Below, one piece after another: positions 40,999-53,607 of a stretch of DNA of 64,000 nucleotides. The notes under the pieces were generated by a model. It was given only the letters and a program-made list of their open reading frames with translations, did not search any database and was not told the DNA's origin. The DNA is from Anolis carolinensis (taxonomy: Eukaryota): contig NC_085842.1 of NCBI RefSeq assembly GCF_035594765.1, positions 255,141,747 to 255,205,746 of the forward strand, read 5' to 3'. Position numbers and translations under genes: made by a program. The first letter of the stretch is position 1, and each line of letters begins with the position of its first letter.

Positions 40999-41507
40999 TT
41001 AAAGTTTCCATAAGATTCCTTTGCATACTGATCCATACTAATGCAGTTATGCCTTTGAATTCATTATTCCTTACCTCTGTCTACTTTCATTCTATCATCA
41101 TAAGGTTTGACCTTAATCAACATATTTTTCTTCAAAATAAGTGGCACAATGAAACTTGCACTGTTTATTCTTAATCTCTGGCAGTGAGGTAATTCATCCT
41201 GCAGATTCTATCACATGCCATTCTTCTGTAAAAGGTCCTAATAAGGTGGCATCTACCACACATATTTATGCAAGTTACAGCACACATGTGAACTAAGGCA
41301 CAGGGAGCAATGATTTTTGAACAGCATGATTTCTGCATAACAAGGGGAAGAGAACACTCTACCCACTCTTCATTTGGCATTGACTATTCAGAGACAATTT
41401 TTTTTTGTTACTATGACGTACTCAGAGCTGAAGTGATCATTACAATAGCTAATAAAAAGAGGGGAAGTCAGACAGTGTTTTGACTCCTCCCAGCTTCCAC
41501 AGTCAAG

Positions 41508-41512
<5 letters not shown>

Positions 41513-41555
<43 letters not shown>

Positions 41556-41562
41556 ATCTATC
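41513..41562. repeat. (TA)n / (TCTA)n microsatellite
   Basis: Seen directly. Confidence 0.95.
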
Positions 41563-41576
41563 TCAGGAGCAACTTG

Positions 41577-41840
41577 AGCCCCCATGGAGCAGTGGGTTAC
41601 ACACTTGTTCTGGCAGGACTGCTGACTTGAAGGTTGAGTTGCTGACCTGAAAGTTACCAGGTTGAATCTAACCCAGGGAAAGCTCCCTCTATCAGCTCCA
41701 GCTCCATGCGGGAACATGAGAGAAGCCTCCCACAAGGATGGTAAAAACATCAAAACATCTGGGCATCCCCTGGGTAATGTCCTTGGAGACAGCCAATTCT
41801 TTCACACCAGAAGCAACCTGCACAGTCAAGTGACACCAAA
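41577..41840 (+). mobile_element. tRNA-derived SINE, Sauria-like head with a different (probably Vingi-type) tail
   Basis: Homologous to 44359-44635. Confidence 0.75.
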
Positions 41841-42174
41841 ATTCAATCTGAAATCACTTTCAGATTTTCTATCCTCCCTCCCATTTTGTAACTTGACATT
41901 TAGGAATGCTACCTGGATTTGTCACATCAGACAACCGATCTCTGACTTCCTACAGACCAAAGGAACTAAAGACAAGCAGCACAAATGCTTTTATTTTCAT
42001 TTGTGGAGTTTAGTATTGAGAATATTGAAAAGCAGGCTTTTGACTCTTTCCCATCTCCTCTGAAGCAGAAAAGAATGTTGGCGCTTAATCAAATGGACAG
42101 CTCCATCAAGCCAGCCTTCCTGGAAGTGTGTAGGTGGAATTCAAAACTGCAGAGATTTTCCACTGACTCTATAT

Positions 42175-42265
42175 CAGGCATGGGCAAACTTTGGCCCTCC
42201 AGCTGTTGGGAATTGTGGAATTTGAAGTCCAAAACACCTGGAGGGCCGAAGTTTGCCCATGCCTA
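42175..42265. mobile_element. 91-bp hAT MITE with ~30-bp arms
   Basis: caggcatgggcaaactttggccctccag / ctggagggccgaagtttgcccatgcct. TSD ctctatat / ctgtatat. Confidence 0.88.
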
Positions 42266-44358
42266 CTGTATATCAACATGTTCCATGTATTTCTTGCTAT
42301 GCATGGAAAATTGTTACAGTTGTTCTTCTTGTGAGCCCTCAAATAGAGAATTTTCTTGGCGGAGTCATGCTTCAGTGCTCAAACCATGCTGGCTCTCAGA
42401 GGATAGTTTAATTCATACAAATGAGAAAAAGGAATCATAGCCTAGAATTCTTAATGTCATTTTCTCTCCAGATTAGCTCTTATTTTTCAAATGAAGTTGT
42501 CATGTGAGCATCCGAGTTTTAACAGAACTGACAGTTACATAAACACAGCTGTAGATTCATTAGTGTACAAATGGAAGATTTATAGTCAAGCCTTAAATGA
42601 ACTGATTTGAAAGTAAGTCCTGATTTCTATTGGAGATTTTTCTAGTAAAAGGTTATTATTGTGGTAATATTATCACAGTTTGTGACCAAGTAGTGATTGT
42701 GAATACAAAAGAGTTAGAGATGAGTAAGTCTAGGTACCTGATGCCCATGTCACACAATTGCCACAACTGTAAGTCTCCCTCAAGTCTAGTTAACCAGACA
42801 TCAGCTGCATGAACAGAAAGGGGATCCATTCTGACAATGAGCAGATATTTCTTTCAGGTTTTGTGGGGGAAGGTCAAGGTATTGTTGGTACAGAATTCTA
42901 GCCAAAAAATTTTTTTCTGCACAGAAAATGTAGGTTCCTGCACATAAATATTTTGAAATGTTTTTACTCACAGAAAATGCTGTTTTATGCAGAAAAAAGC
43001 CATTTGTGAAGTCTTTCAGGAGTTCTAGATTTCTTTCCTCATGATTTGACTACACTCAAGAAATACATTGTAATGTTTTGAGGGTATATTTTCCAATATT
43101 ATTACCATTGACATCCATTATTACTAATTTCCTTTCTTGCTGCACCCCTTTTACAACTCCTGTTGCCATACTTTGTCAGTTCTTTTGCTCTCAGATATTA
43201 CTCAATAATGTAGTTCCACTACCAGGTTGTACTGTTGACAGAAAAGGATTATGCTACAAAAACAGAAGTAAGTTTATTACAACAAAAGAGCATACCCACC
43301 AACAGCTGGCACATTTTTTAGTTAGGATTGCATTGCAAGATTGCTTTTTAAATAGTTTGCTATAGAGATCTCTTGTAAACTTGCAGTCCTAAGCATAAAA
43401 ACCATCTTGTTTCAGAAAATGTTTGTTTTCAGATTCTGAAGAATTACTCTCCTATCCCTCTTTATCTCCACAATTGCAATTTCAATGGAGAGGAAGAATT
43501 GCCTTCCTGTCGAACAGAGACCACTTCACAGAAATAAGTGGAGCACTATTTTGTGATCTGTGCTTGTCTAGTTATTACCCTGAGATATTTTCTAACAGAC
43601 TTTATACTTCTAGCACACATTATAAAGTCTTGAATTTCACAAATATTAAATACTTTTGTCCCTTCAACAAGCCTTGAGATGCTTTGACGAGTTAATTAAA
43701 CATACAAGTAAACCCATAAATATCTTTCCTATACTTGGTCTAAGAAAATAGACTTACATTTGCTATGATAAGAATACTAATGTATGAGAAAACATTTCAA
43801 TCAAATAGCAGTAACCCATTATTTGCAATACAGTATTGCAATCTGCAATCATGGGACCAGTATCTATGGTTCTATTTATCCATCTCTTACAAAATAGGCC
43901 CCCCTCTAAGCATTTTCTATGTCCTCCAGCATGACTTTATTGTATTCTTGAGCCAGATATCCTACATTTTAATAGAGTTCACTATTATCCATGGTTTTCT
44001 GTCTCCATCCATAATCAGGAAATGTATCCCCATGGATATGTGGGTCATACTGTATATCAAAAAGCATAGGGTAGGCATCTCCTAGTGAATGTATGAACAA
44101 GCAAGCTAAAACACTCTCCTTAAATTCCCAGGGGGTTAATGAACCATTTTTGGATGTATCCAGAAGCCCCACCCTCATTGTTATCAAGCTAATTAAAGAT
44201 TTATTGCAAGATTGTTCACCCACTCACAAGAAAATGACATATCTGTAAATGTATGTACATAGGCATACTATAGGTCATTTAATTAACTATTTAAACTTGA
44301 ACTCCAAGCATAGTTTATGCTGAAGCAGGAGTATCTTTCCTCGGCAGTATATCAAGAG

Positions 44359-44635
44359 GAGTCCCCAGTGACAAGAGGAGCCTCCAGGAGTGCAATGGGT
44401 TAAACCTTTGTGCCAGCAGGACTGCTAACCAACAGGTGGGTGGTTCAAATCTGGGGAGAGCAGGTGAGCTCCCTCTGTCAGCTCCAGCTCCTCATGCGAG
44501 GACATGAGAGAAGACTCCCACAAGGATGGTAAAACATCAAACATTTGGGCATTCCCTGGGCAACGTCCTTGCAGACGGCCAATTCTCTCACACCAGAAGG
44601 GACTTGTAGTTTCTCGTCATTCCTGACATGAAAAA
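44359..44635 (+). mobile_element. tRNA-derived SINE (probably Vingi-mobilised), full length
   Basis: 13-bp TSD agtatatcaagag (44346-44358 and 44636-44648), B-box-like ggttcaaatc and short poly(A). Confidence 0.85.
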
Positions 44636-44744
44636 AGTATATCAAGAGCAAACAACTCAAGCCCTAAAGCCAGGTTAATAGACCAACTATGTTTTCAGAT
44701 GGTCTACTGTCAAAAAACCTGTACATGCTGACCACCTGTTTTAT

Positions 44745-44751
44745 CCATCTA

Positions 44752-44817
<66 letters not shown>
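44745..44817. repeat. (TCTG)n(TCTA)n microsatellite
   Basis: Seen directly. Confidence 0.95.
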
Positions 44818-44820
<3 letters not shown>

Positions 44821-45199
44821 ATTTGTTTTAAGTTATTTCTGACTTTCTTAATTATCTTGGCAAGATTTATTCAGAGGCAGTTTTGCATTTGCTTTCCTCT
44901 GAGACTGGGAAAGCGAGACTTGTCCAAGGTCACCCATTGGGTTTTCATAGCCAAGGGTGAATTTGAATCAAGCCTCATAATCCAATTACGAAATCATTAC
45001 ATCACATTGTCAGTTAGTAGTGGTGTATATTGGGATTCAGGGCTGCATGTAGTTCCCAGCTGGTGATAATATCAAAATGAAAAGGAATAGAGACTAAACA
45101 TGTTGATTTTGTTTGATTATGCCACTCTGCAATTTGTTATTGCAGATAGCTAGCTTCTTCTCAGGTTCTACTGCATTTTAGGAAACTTTATAATTTTTA

Positions 45200-45380
45200 C
45201 AATTTTTATTGTGATATTATTTGTATTGTTGTTATTATACTTATGTCATATGTTTATACTTGTGTACTTATGCATTGTTGTTTATACGTGGCACTTACCA
45301 GTGCTTCTGTGAGCCGCCCCGAGTCTTGTCGGGGAGATGGTGGCGGAGTGCAAATAAAGATTTATTATATTATTATTATA
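45200..45380 (+). mobile_element. L2 3' tail
   Basis: gagccgccccgagtcttgtcggggagatggtggcgg...aataaag plus (TTA)n, like 8896-8945 reversed. Confidence 0.7.
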
Positions 45381-46916
45381 CAAAAATAATACATTTTTTC
45401 ACACATTTGACAAATCAGCCAAATTTCTGTTAGTGACATCCATATGTTCCTGACAGAATTTGTCCTCTTTTTTGGCTATGATAACTCAGCCAGATATGAA
45501 ATGATGATGTCAACATTGAGATCCACAAAGATCTTCCAGGAGAATTGGTATGGTGACTCTGGGAATGTAGCCAGACTTTTCTCCGATCCTCCCTTCCTGC
45601 TACTTTTAGCATTAAATGGCCATGTGACTTCAGGATCTTTTCAGTAAGTAAAGAGAGGGTATATAGTTCAGTACAGCATAAGCTCACCTGTAGATTTATA
45701 CAGTACAGGGATTATGACTGAGGCCATAGAGATTTTACATAATTGAGTGATTCACCCATTCAGGCAGGGAGTTTCTTAGCTTTTAAAATTTCTATCTATT
45801 AAGTTTACCAGTTTTCTTCCTTTTTCACCTCACAAGCTTATCGTTTTTAGCACCTACATGTAGATATACCATGGTGCTCCCATCCATATTGGGAACATCT
45901 ATAAAAATATTCAATTGTTGTGCAGAATGAAAAGGGACAGATTAGATAATAAGTACACAGCACACCAAGGATATTTGATCACCAATTGCTCTTCACTGTC
46001 AGGCAAATTTTGAAGCATTTCTATACTTCCAAATTCTGAAAAGGCTAGCTGAGATTTTTGATGATTATAAACTATGTTCTTCAAATATGTTTTTCATGTA
46101 ATTATATTCTAACAGTCCTAATAAAGAACTTTTTAAAACCCATTGAAATTCTGCATACACAATGAATATATCAATAAGATCATTTTAATATGTTTTATGA
46201 TTTAATTTGCAATTTCATATTTTAGTCTTTGCTTTCAAATTTCAGACATATAATTGTAGCATTCCAATGGATACAGCAAACACACACAGTCGCTGATAGG
46301 CTGACATGATGTATGATTGTATGCACAAATCCAGAGGCTAACACAATGAATAGCATGTCATAGAAATGCAACAGAAACAATGGTCACATTTTTATACTAG
46401 GCTACATAGAGGGGAAATGGCTACGTTTTTACAAAAGATTTACTTATCAAGTTAATGCACAAATCTTGTTGATAGCAAATAAGCATTTTTCTATATTTGG
46501 GCAAAATTTACCCATTAACTGGTATTAGTCTTTTACAGCACAAGTTCTTAGCCTGCATATGTGGAGTATGATTTAAAAAAGGTTAAGTACTTTAAATAAG
46601 TGAATCATACTGAGAACTGAATGAGATGTAACACAAGATATCTATAATTAAGGTCTCCTATGGTTTCTTAAGTGTTAACAACAAACAAGGAGAACCCAAT
46701 TCAGACTGGAATGCTGACTCTGGGGAAGGGATGGGCTAAACACTTCTGACTCAAAGCTCCAATTAAATCTGCCACACTAAAAACACAGGTATCCAAATAT
46801 TTTTTGCTCTATGGGACAAATAACAGCTGCATCAATTTTAATTGATGACATGGCATACATGGAAATGTTGCCCCTCCTTTGGTGTTACAGTTTTACTTCG
46901 TTAAAGTTGGGGAAAC

Positions 46917-47018
46917 AGAATCATAGAGTTGGATGAGCCATCCAGTCCAACCCCCTGCAAGAAGCAGGAAAATCTCATTCAAAGCTCCCCCGACAGATGG
47001 CCATCGAGCCTCTGCTTT
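46917..47018 (-). mobile_element. CR1 extreme 3' end
   Basis: Matches 21490-21610. Confidence 0.8.
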
Positions 47019-47032
47019 AGTTAATTCTGATA

Positions 47033-47348
47033 TAGGCAGTCCCCGAGTTACAAACATCCAACTTACATATGACTCATAGTTAAGAACTAGGGTGAGACAA
47101 CAGGAAATGAGAAAAATCTACCCTTAGGAAGGGAAATTTACTCCTGAAACAGTTATGGGGAAAAGGTGTCTCAATTCAAGCTTTATCACCAATCCTTATT
47201 TCCACAACAAGCCAAATTTTTCAAAATCCAATTATCACAGGGACAGAAAGTGAGGTGAAATCTTCTGAACAGGGGCACAGACAGCAAAACAAACACCATA
47301 GGAGTGTTAACCCTTCCCTATGCTATCCAAAGATTATACATATATATG

Positions 47349-47379
<31 letters not shown>

Positions 47380-47474
47380 ATACTGAAAAAATGTATCTGT
47401 TCTGACTTACAAACAAATTCAACTTAAGAATAAACCTACAGAATCTAACTTGTTGGTAGCTTGTGGACTGTCTG
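47033..47474. mobile_element. Tigger/pogo-like (Tc1/mariner) MITE
   Basis: ta|taggcagtcccc(g)agttac ... gtagcttgtggactgtctg|ta with TA TSD. Contains (GA)n. Confidence 0.75.
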
Positions 47475-48197
47475 TAGGTTATATTTGACTTCACTCCCAG
47501 ACTGATGTGCAAATTGATTATTAGTTATTCACAACATATTGCATTCCCAAATGCTCTGAGCTACATAAAAACACCTTTTAAAATCTGTGCTTTGGGATAC
47601 TCTTACCGAGATTGTTGGTGTTCTTTTGCCTTCTTGTGTTCATTAGTGGAATAATTTGTAGGGAATTGGAAGGTAAAATAAAACATATCCACAACTTTGA
47701 AGATATCATAGTGTTATAGATGGCTAATCTATGTAGCTCTACCATTTAACACTATTTATTTTACTTCATCTTTGGATGCAACCAGTACCATCTAATGTTG
47801 GCACAAGAAGCCATAATAGTATTTTTAAAGGCACAAAATCTTTTTAGTATTTAAAAGACTTGCACCATAACTATATCTAAAAGTATTGCACAATACAATG
47901 ACCACCATATCCACAGATTCATTATCCATGGTTTCGGTTATTCCACCCCCAAAAAATACACTCCACTGCCACTCCACACCCCTGCCAATCCCCGGGAAGT
48001 GTCTGAAGGCTTTTTAAATCCTCCAGTTTGATTATGTGAAATGTTTCCAGCCAAGGTATATTAAAAATGCAGTTTAGCTATTATCTATGACTAGCAGTTA
48101 TCCATGAAGAGTCTTGGTATGTATCCCACAGCAGATACAGAGGTTGTACTGTATAATGCAATAGTCTATAGTGTACTTTATTCATGTATTATTAACT

Positions 48198-48201
<4 letters not shown>

Positions 48202-48237
<36 letters not shown>
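48202..48237. repeat. (TG)n microsatellite
   Basis: Seen directly. Confidence 0.95.
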
Positions 48238-48241
<4 letters not shown>

Positions 48242-49004
48242 ACAGGATTTTTTAAAAATCTACTTTTCCTCCAATTTTGTTCACAATCAAATGTTAGTTG
48301 AAGCTATTTATTCATTACAACTCACATAAAACATTTCAGTGCACAATTGGGCTATTGAAAACTTAATTTGTTTGCCCTAAATACACAGCAATGATCTCAG
48401 TTTAAAAATTAAATCTGAATTGTGAGCAGAGAACTTTTGTCTTTTACAGAGCCTTGAGACCAATTAAATACATCTCTAAATTGCAGAGTGAATGAATTTT
48501 CACACAATGAATTCTGTTTTCAACCTCCCCTCTCTCCTAACTCATTATTTATTCTCTTGTCTGAACTAGTTTACAACTAGAAGGTTCTCCTTGAGCATTT
48601 GAAGAAATGTAACAAGGTAGGATGTATATTTTATATGACCATACAGTCATGTGCAATAGTTGATGTAACTAAATTCTATGTACATATCACTCAGCAAATG
48701 GACAGGAATAAAGTTCTTGTATAGAAAGATATTTTTCTCTGTTCAGATCCTAGTGAAGAAAGAATATTTTTAGGTGGCCAGCAAGGGTTGGGGCCTGTAT
48801 TAGGTTGCAATTTGTCCACACTCATCCAGTCTATTTCTGACAGTAGAATTTGAAGCTCTGGGAAGATGGCTAAAGGATCTTAATGTACAGGTTGTCTTTT
48901 CATCTTTTTTCCCCAGTTGCACAGCGCAGCCCAGGAAAGGCAGGAAAAATAGTAGAGGTGAATAAGTGGGTCCACAAATGGTGGCATGGAGAACGATTTG
49001 AGTC

Positions 49005-50525
49005 TCTGGACCAGAATTTTATTGTCCAGAAGGTGGAAGAGGCAACAAGGGGATCAACTATTCTAGATCTAATCCTAGTCAACACTTAGTTAATGGAGTG
49101 GAGTGGTGGGATCCTTAGGTGGGAGTGACCATGTGCTCCTGGATTTTGATACAGAGGAAAGGGGAAACTAAGAGAAGTCAGACGTGCATTCTGGAAAACA
49201 TGTGAATAGTGGGGTGCTGCAGGGTTCTGTCCTGTTTTTCAACATCTTTATTAATGACTTGTATGAAGGTTTATAGGGCATGCTTATCAAGTATGCAGAT
49301 GAAATCAAATTAGAAAGGATAGGTCGAGAAAACAGGATCAGAATTCAAAATGACCTTCCACCTCATCACACAAGGGGTTTTTGGCCCCTTACAATGCTTC
49401 AGTAACAGTTCCTGATGGATCCCATTAGATGATGCAGGCCGTGCCGTGCCCCATCTGTGGGTGAAGTGGTGAAGAAGTGTTGCATTCTAGCTTCCTCACC
49501 ATCATGGTAAGAGAATTGAGTTTTGGGTAGCTCTGACTGAGCTCCCCATGGTTTTTGGCCTTTTCTCCTGACTGATGGGGGAAGGGACAGTGTGCTAATG
49601 TGCCTTGGCCTGATACCCCCCATGTGAATGGGGGAAGGAGGGAGAGCATGTGAGTTGTGCAAGGCACCATATGCGCCTTCCACTTTGATGGTGATTGTCA
49701 GTGAAACAGAACAAAACGGAAGGGGGGCATCAGTATGATGAGGTCCCTTAACAGATTAGATGGGCCAAAACTAACAAAAGGAATTTCAACAAGGAAAAAT
49801 GTAGGATATTTACTTAGGCAGAAAAAAATGAAACACACAGATACAGGATGGGTAATGCCTAGCTTGACAATAGTACATATCAAAAATGGTCTGACCTTCT
49901 TAGTGTACACCAAGTTGAACATGAGCCAACAGTGTGATGCAGTAGCTAAAAAAACCCAATGGGATTATGGGCTGTATTAAAAGGATTATAGTGTCTAGAT
50001 CAGGGGAAGTAATGGTGCCCCTCTGTTCTGCTTTGGTCAGAGCTCACCTGAAATACAGTGACCAATTCTGGGCACTACAATTTTAAGAGAGCTGTCAACA
50101 AGCTGGAATGTGTCCAGAGGAGAGTGACTAAAATGATCAAAGGTTTGGAGACCATGCCCTATAAGGAGCATCTTAAAAAGCTCAGTTTCTGCAGAAGACA
50201 AGGTTGAGAGGAAACATGATAGCCATGTATAAATATTTGAAAGGATGTCATAACGAAAATGGAGCAGGCTTGTTTTCTGATGTCCTGGGGACTAGGACTC
50301 CAAGCAATGAGTTCAAATTACGGGAAAGGAGATTCCACCTGAACATTAGGAAGAACTTCCTAACCATAAGGACCTTGGGGTGTGTTGGAAACCTTTCTTT
50401 GGAGGCATTTAAATAGAGGCAGGATAGCCATCTGGCGAGGGTACTTTGATTGTGCTTTCCCTGCATGACAAGGAGCTGGACTGGATGGCCCATGTGATCT
50501 CTTTCAACTCTATGATTCTATGATT
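49005..50525 (+). mobile_element. CR1 LINE with a large internal deletion and a nested MITE
   Basis: NFIVQKVEEATRGSTILDLIL (endonuclease), GVLQGSVL, KYADEIKL, RFHLNIRKNFLT and a (TATGATTC)n tail. Confidence 0.9.
49358..49747. mobile_element. Harbinger-like MITE inserted in CR1
   Basis: acctcatcacac / gtatgatgaggt ends. Splits the CR1 sequence aaatgacctt|aacagattaga. Confidence 0.7.
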
Positions 50526-51006
50526 TTAAAAGAATCTCTAGGCTGTCACAGCCACCCAACTTTAAGTACACATGTTCAAGCCCAGTGAGATGGAGCACCT
50601 AGTAAGGGTGCTCATTGCTACAGAAAGCTGGGAGAAGTTATTCCTACCAGTCAACTGCATCCAACATCCATGTTTAATCAATTAATTCATACTTAAATAT
50701 TTAATAATTTAGAATTTTTAAATGCAGAATACAGAACTTAACAATAAACTTTGTTGAAGGGGTGTACCATATAATTAAGCTTTGCAAAAATATTTAGAAT
50801 GGGGATTCATCTGAAGGCTTAAGCATTCTAGTAATTAGGGAGAAAAGCATCAACTGTTTTTAATTCTGAGTGCTCCAAGGTCATTGTCTGAATGCATTAG
50901 TATGCTATGTTGCTTCTATTATACCTAACATTGATTCCATAAATATTGAAAGTTAAGATTGTGACTTTGACTCTGAAATGGAAAGTTAACAACTATTGCT
51001 ACTTAT

Positions 51007-52326
51007 TAGGGGTGTGTATGGTGCCGTTTTTCAAAATGGGATCTGGGAAATCTGGCAATTTCAGAAACGGAATCCCCGGAACCAGAATGGATGGCAGGGC
51101 TTGGACTGACTCAGCCAAAATGGGCCACGCAACTGCTGATATTAGCTGCTTTCAGTTGCTTTGGAGAGCGCCATGGCAGTAGCCATGCACATTTTTCTTC
51201 CTTAGCCTTGCCTGAGCACATCAGAGCAAGAAAGAGGATCACGTGTTTTTTCACCAAGCTGGTCTATAAATACCAGGGTGAGCCCATTTTGCTCTGGTGT
51301 CCTGTCTTCTGAGAGAGGGAGATCGTATGCTAGGTAGCTCCATGTTTTATCTTAGTGCCATCACTGCTTAGGATTGCTTTTGGACTTAATTCCAACCCTT
51401 TCCTTCGGCAATTTTATTAAATTTTATTAGTTTAATATCTTTCAGTCCTTCTTTTTACTATTCCTCTAGGGAGGTGAGGGTGGGCATGTGTTTGCGGGGC
51501 AGTGAAAGGACATTTTGGGGGGTGTTTGTTTGAATATCTTTTACCTTTGTGGGGAGGGTTGGATTAGTGAAGGGAGGGGATAGCCTGACTCTCTTTTGTC
51601 CCCACGAGGAGAATTCAATCCCTCCCCAGCCCTATCTATCTTTTTGTTTCTGTACTCTGTCCTGCACCTTTCTCCCCTCCCAGAAATATATTTTAGTTTT
51701 AAAAAGTTCTTTCCTCTTCTCATTCAACTCTTTGACTGACTCCTTTATTCCACTCCCTTTCCCTATCTTCTTGCTTGTGTGTACTTCTGCCCCAGTTCAC
51801 CTGGCTTGACAATCGTGTAGAAATGCAAAAGCTTAGGAACAGTATTTGTTTTTATTAGTAATTTTTTAAAAAATCCTATAAATTGTGGAATGTGTGGATA
51901 TTTATGAAAGTTGACAGGAATGATGCCCTGGTGCTCCTCCTATACTGTCACTGTGGAGAAATTCCAAGGGATACCTTTTGGGGGTTTTTGTAAAGGAGAT
52001 TTTATTTTTAGAAACTTTAGGATTTTCCTAAAAATCAGTGGATGACTCAAAAGTTCTGAAGGACTTGCAGTGGTAAATATATCTTCCAAGTACGGCCATT
52101 TTTGTCCCAATAGCCCAAAAATTGACGGAAAGAGGACCCTCGGAAGTTCCCCCATTGCTGCCAATGGGCTGGATCTTCCCAGAGTGGAAATGGAACTTCT
52201 GTCAGACTGATCAATAAATAATATTTCTCCCCTCCCAAATTCAGGTACTTCCTGAAAAAACTGAAGGGGCAGCCGAAGATTGAACACTAAAAATGGCACA
52301 GAGTTTACCTAAATTGCACACCCCTA
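51007..52326. mobile_element. 1.3-kb non-autonomous hAT-like element
   Basis: TIR TAGGGGTGTG / CACACCCCTA. Perfect TSD ctacttat at 50999-51006 and 52327-52334. Confidence 0.9.
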
Positions 52327-52879
52327 CTACTTATTCGACCAACATCTGAGTGTCAACCTGACAAAACAATGTCATCAAATGGGATTATTTTGCTTCTAGG
52401 TGAATTTTCTTACAGTGAATCAAAACAAAGTATCATACACAATTTAGCTGGATAATTAAATCTGCTTAAATTCATTTTTGGTGATGACCCACTCTAAAAA
52501 AATCTCAAAAGAAACCTAATATTTTGTGCTATTTTTACAACATTGTTCTAAGCATGATTATTTACAAGCATCTTTCTAGGTCAGTGCACACAGATCACAG
52601 CATCCAAAATTTCATAGGTATTTTAAACTTTTATACTGGATTTATTATTCCTGTGCAACAATATGTCAAACTACTGTTGCTGTTTGTATGTCTTATAAAA
52701 TTCCAAATACCACGTGAAATTCCAAATACCTCTGCTGTGAGAGGAATTATTACAGTTATCTATTTTCACTGGTTGATAATAATGACAGAACTATTAATCC
52801 AACCAGATAGTAATTGGGCTAATTAAACCACTTCATAATTATTTAAGCTGTAGTAATTAATGAAGAAAGAGTAATGGTG

Positions 52880-53607
52880 GAGTACATGGTTATAAATGAT
52901 GTAATTTGTTCAAAAATAATAGATGGGGAAGAAAAGGAGGGAGAAGTATTAAATGTCAAAGAAAAATTCTCTTGTACAGAAATTCTCACAAATGAACAAT
53001 TGGAGAGCATTTGGATAAAAATAAATGGAGAAAAAACTGTAAGAACAACACTGTGGTAGGAATTAACTGCAGGCCACAAAATCAAGACATGGTGGAAGAT
53101 GATGTGTTTCTTAAACAAACCTCAGAAATCTTTCAGAAGCAAGTACTGACAGTTATGGGGCATGTCAGTTATCCTGATACCTGTTGGGAGCTCTGCTCAG
53201 CATTGTCTCTCCAAGAAATTCCTGATGTACCTTGCAGGTAATTTTCTCTTTCAAAAGATAGAGAAAGCAACAAGGATCAGCAGTCTTGAACTTGATCCTA
53301 ACCAATAGGGAGGAATTAATCAGTGAAATCAAAGCAATTGATACTTTAGTGACCACATAACACTCAAATTGTGGGATGGGTCAAAGAATAATATAGTTAA
53401 ACACAAACCTTGGATTTAAGGAGAAAACTGATTTTATAAAATTCAGGAAAATACTGGGCAGAATTCAATGGCAAGAGATTCCACAAAAGAAGAATAGAAA
53501 ACAACTGGAAAAGCCAATGTGGTGGCACAGTAAAGTGAAAAGATAAAAGAATATGGTCTGGATGGCCCTTGTGGTCTATTCCAACTCTATGATTCTATGA
53601 TTCTATG
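52880..53607 (+). mobile_element. Old CR1: endonuclease region joined to the 3' tail
   Basis: ESIWIKING, VVGINCRPQNQD and VMGHVSYPDTCW remnants. Tail ccaactctatgattctatgattctatg. Confidence 0.8.
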
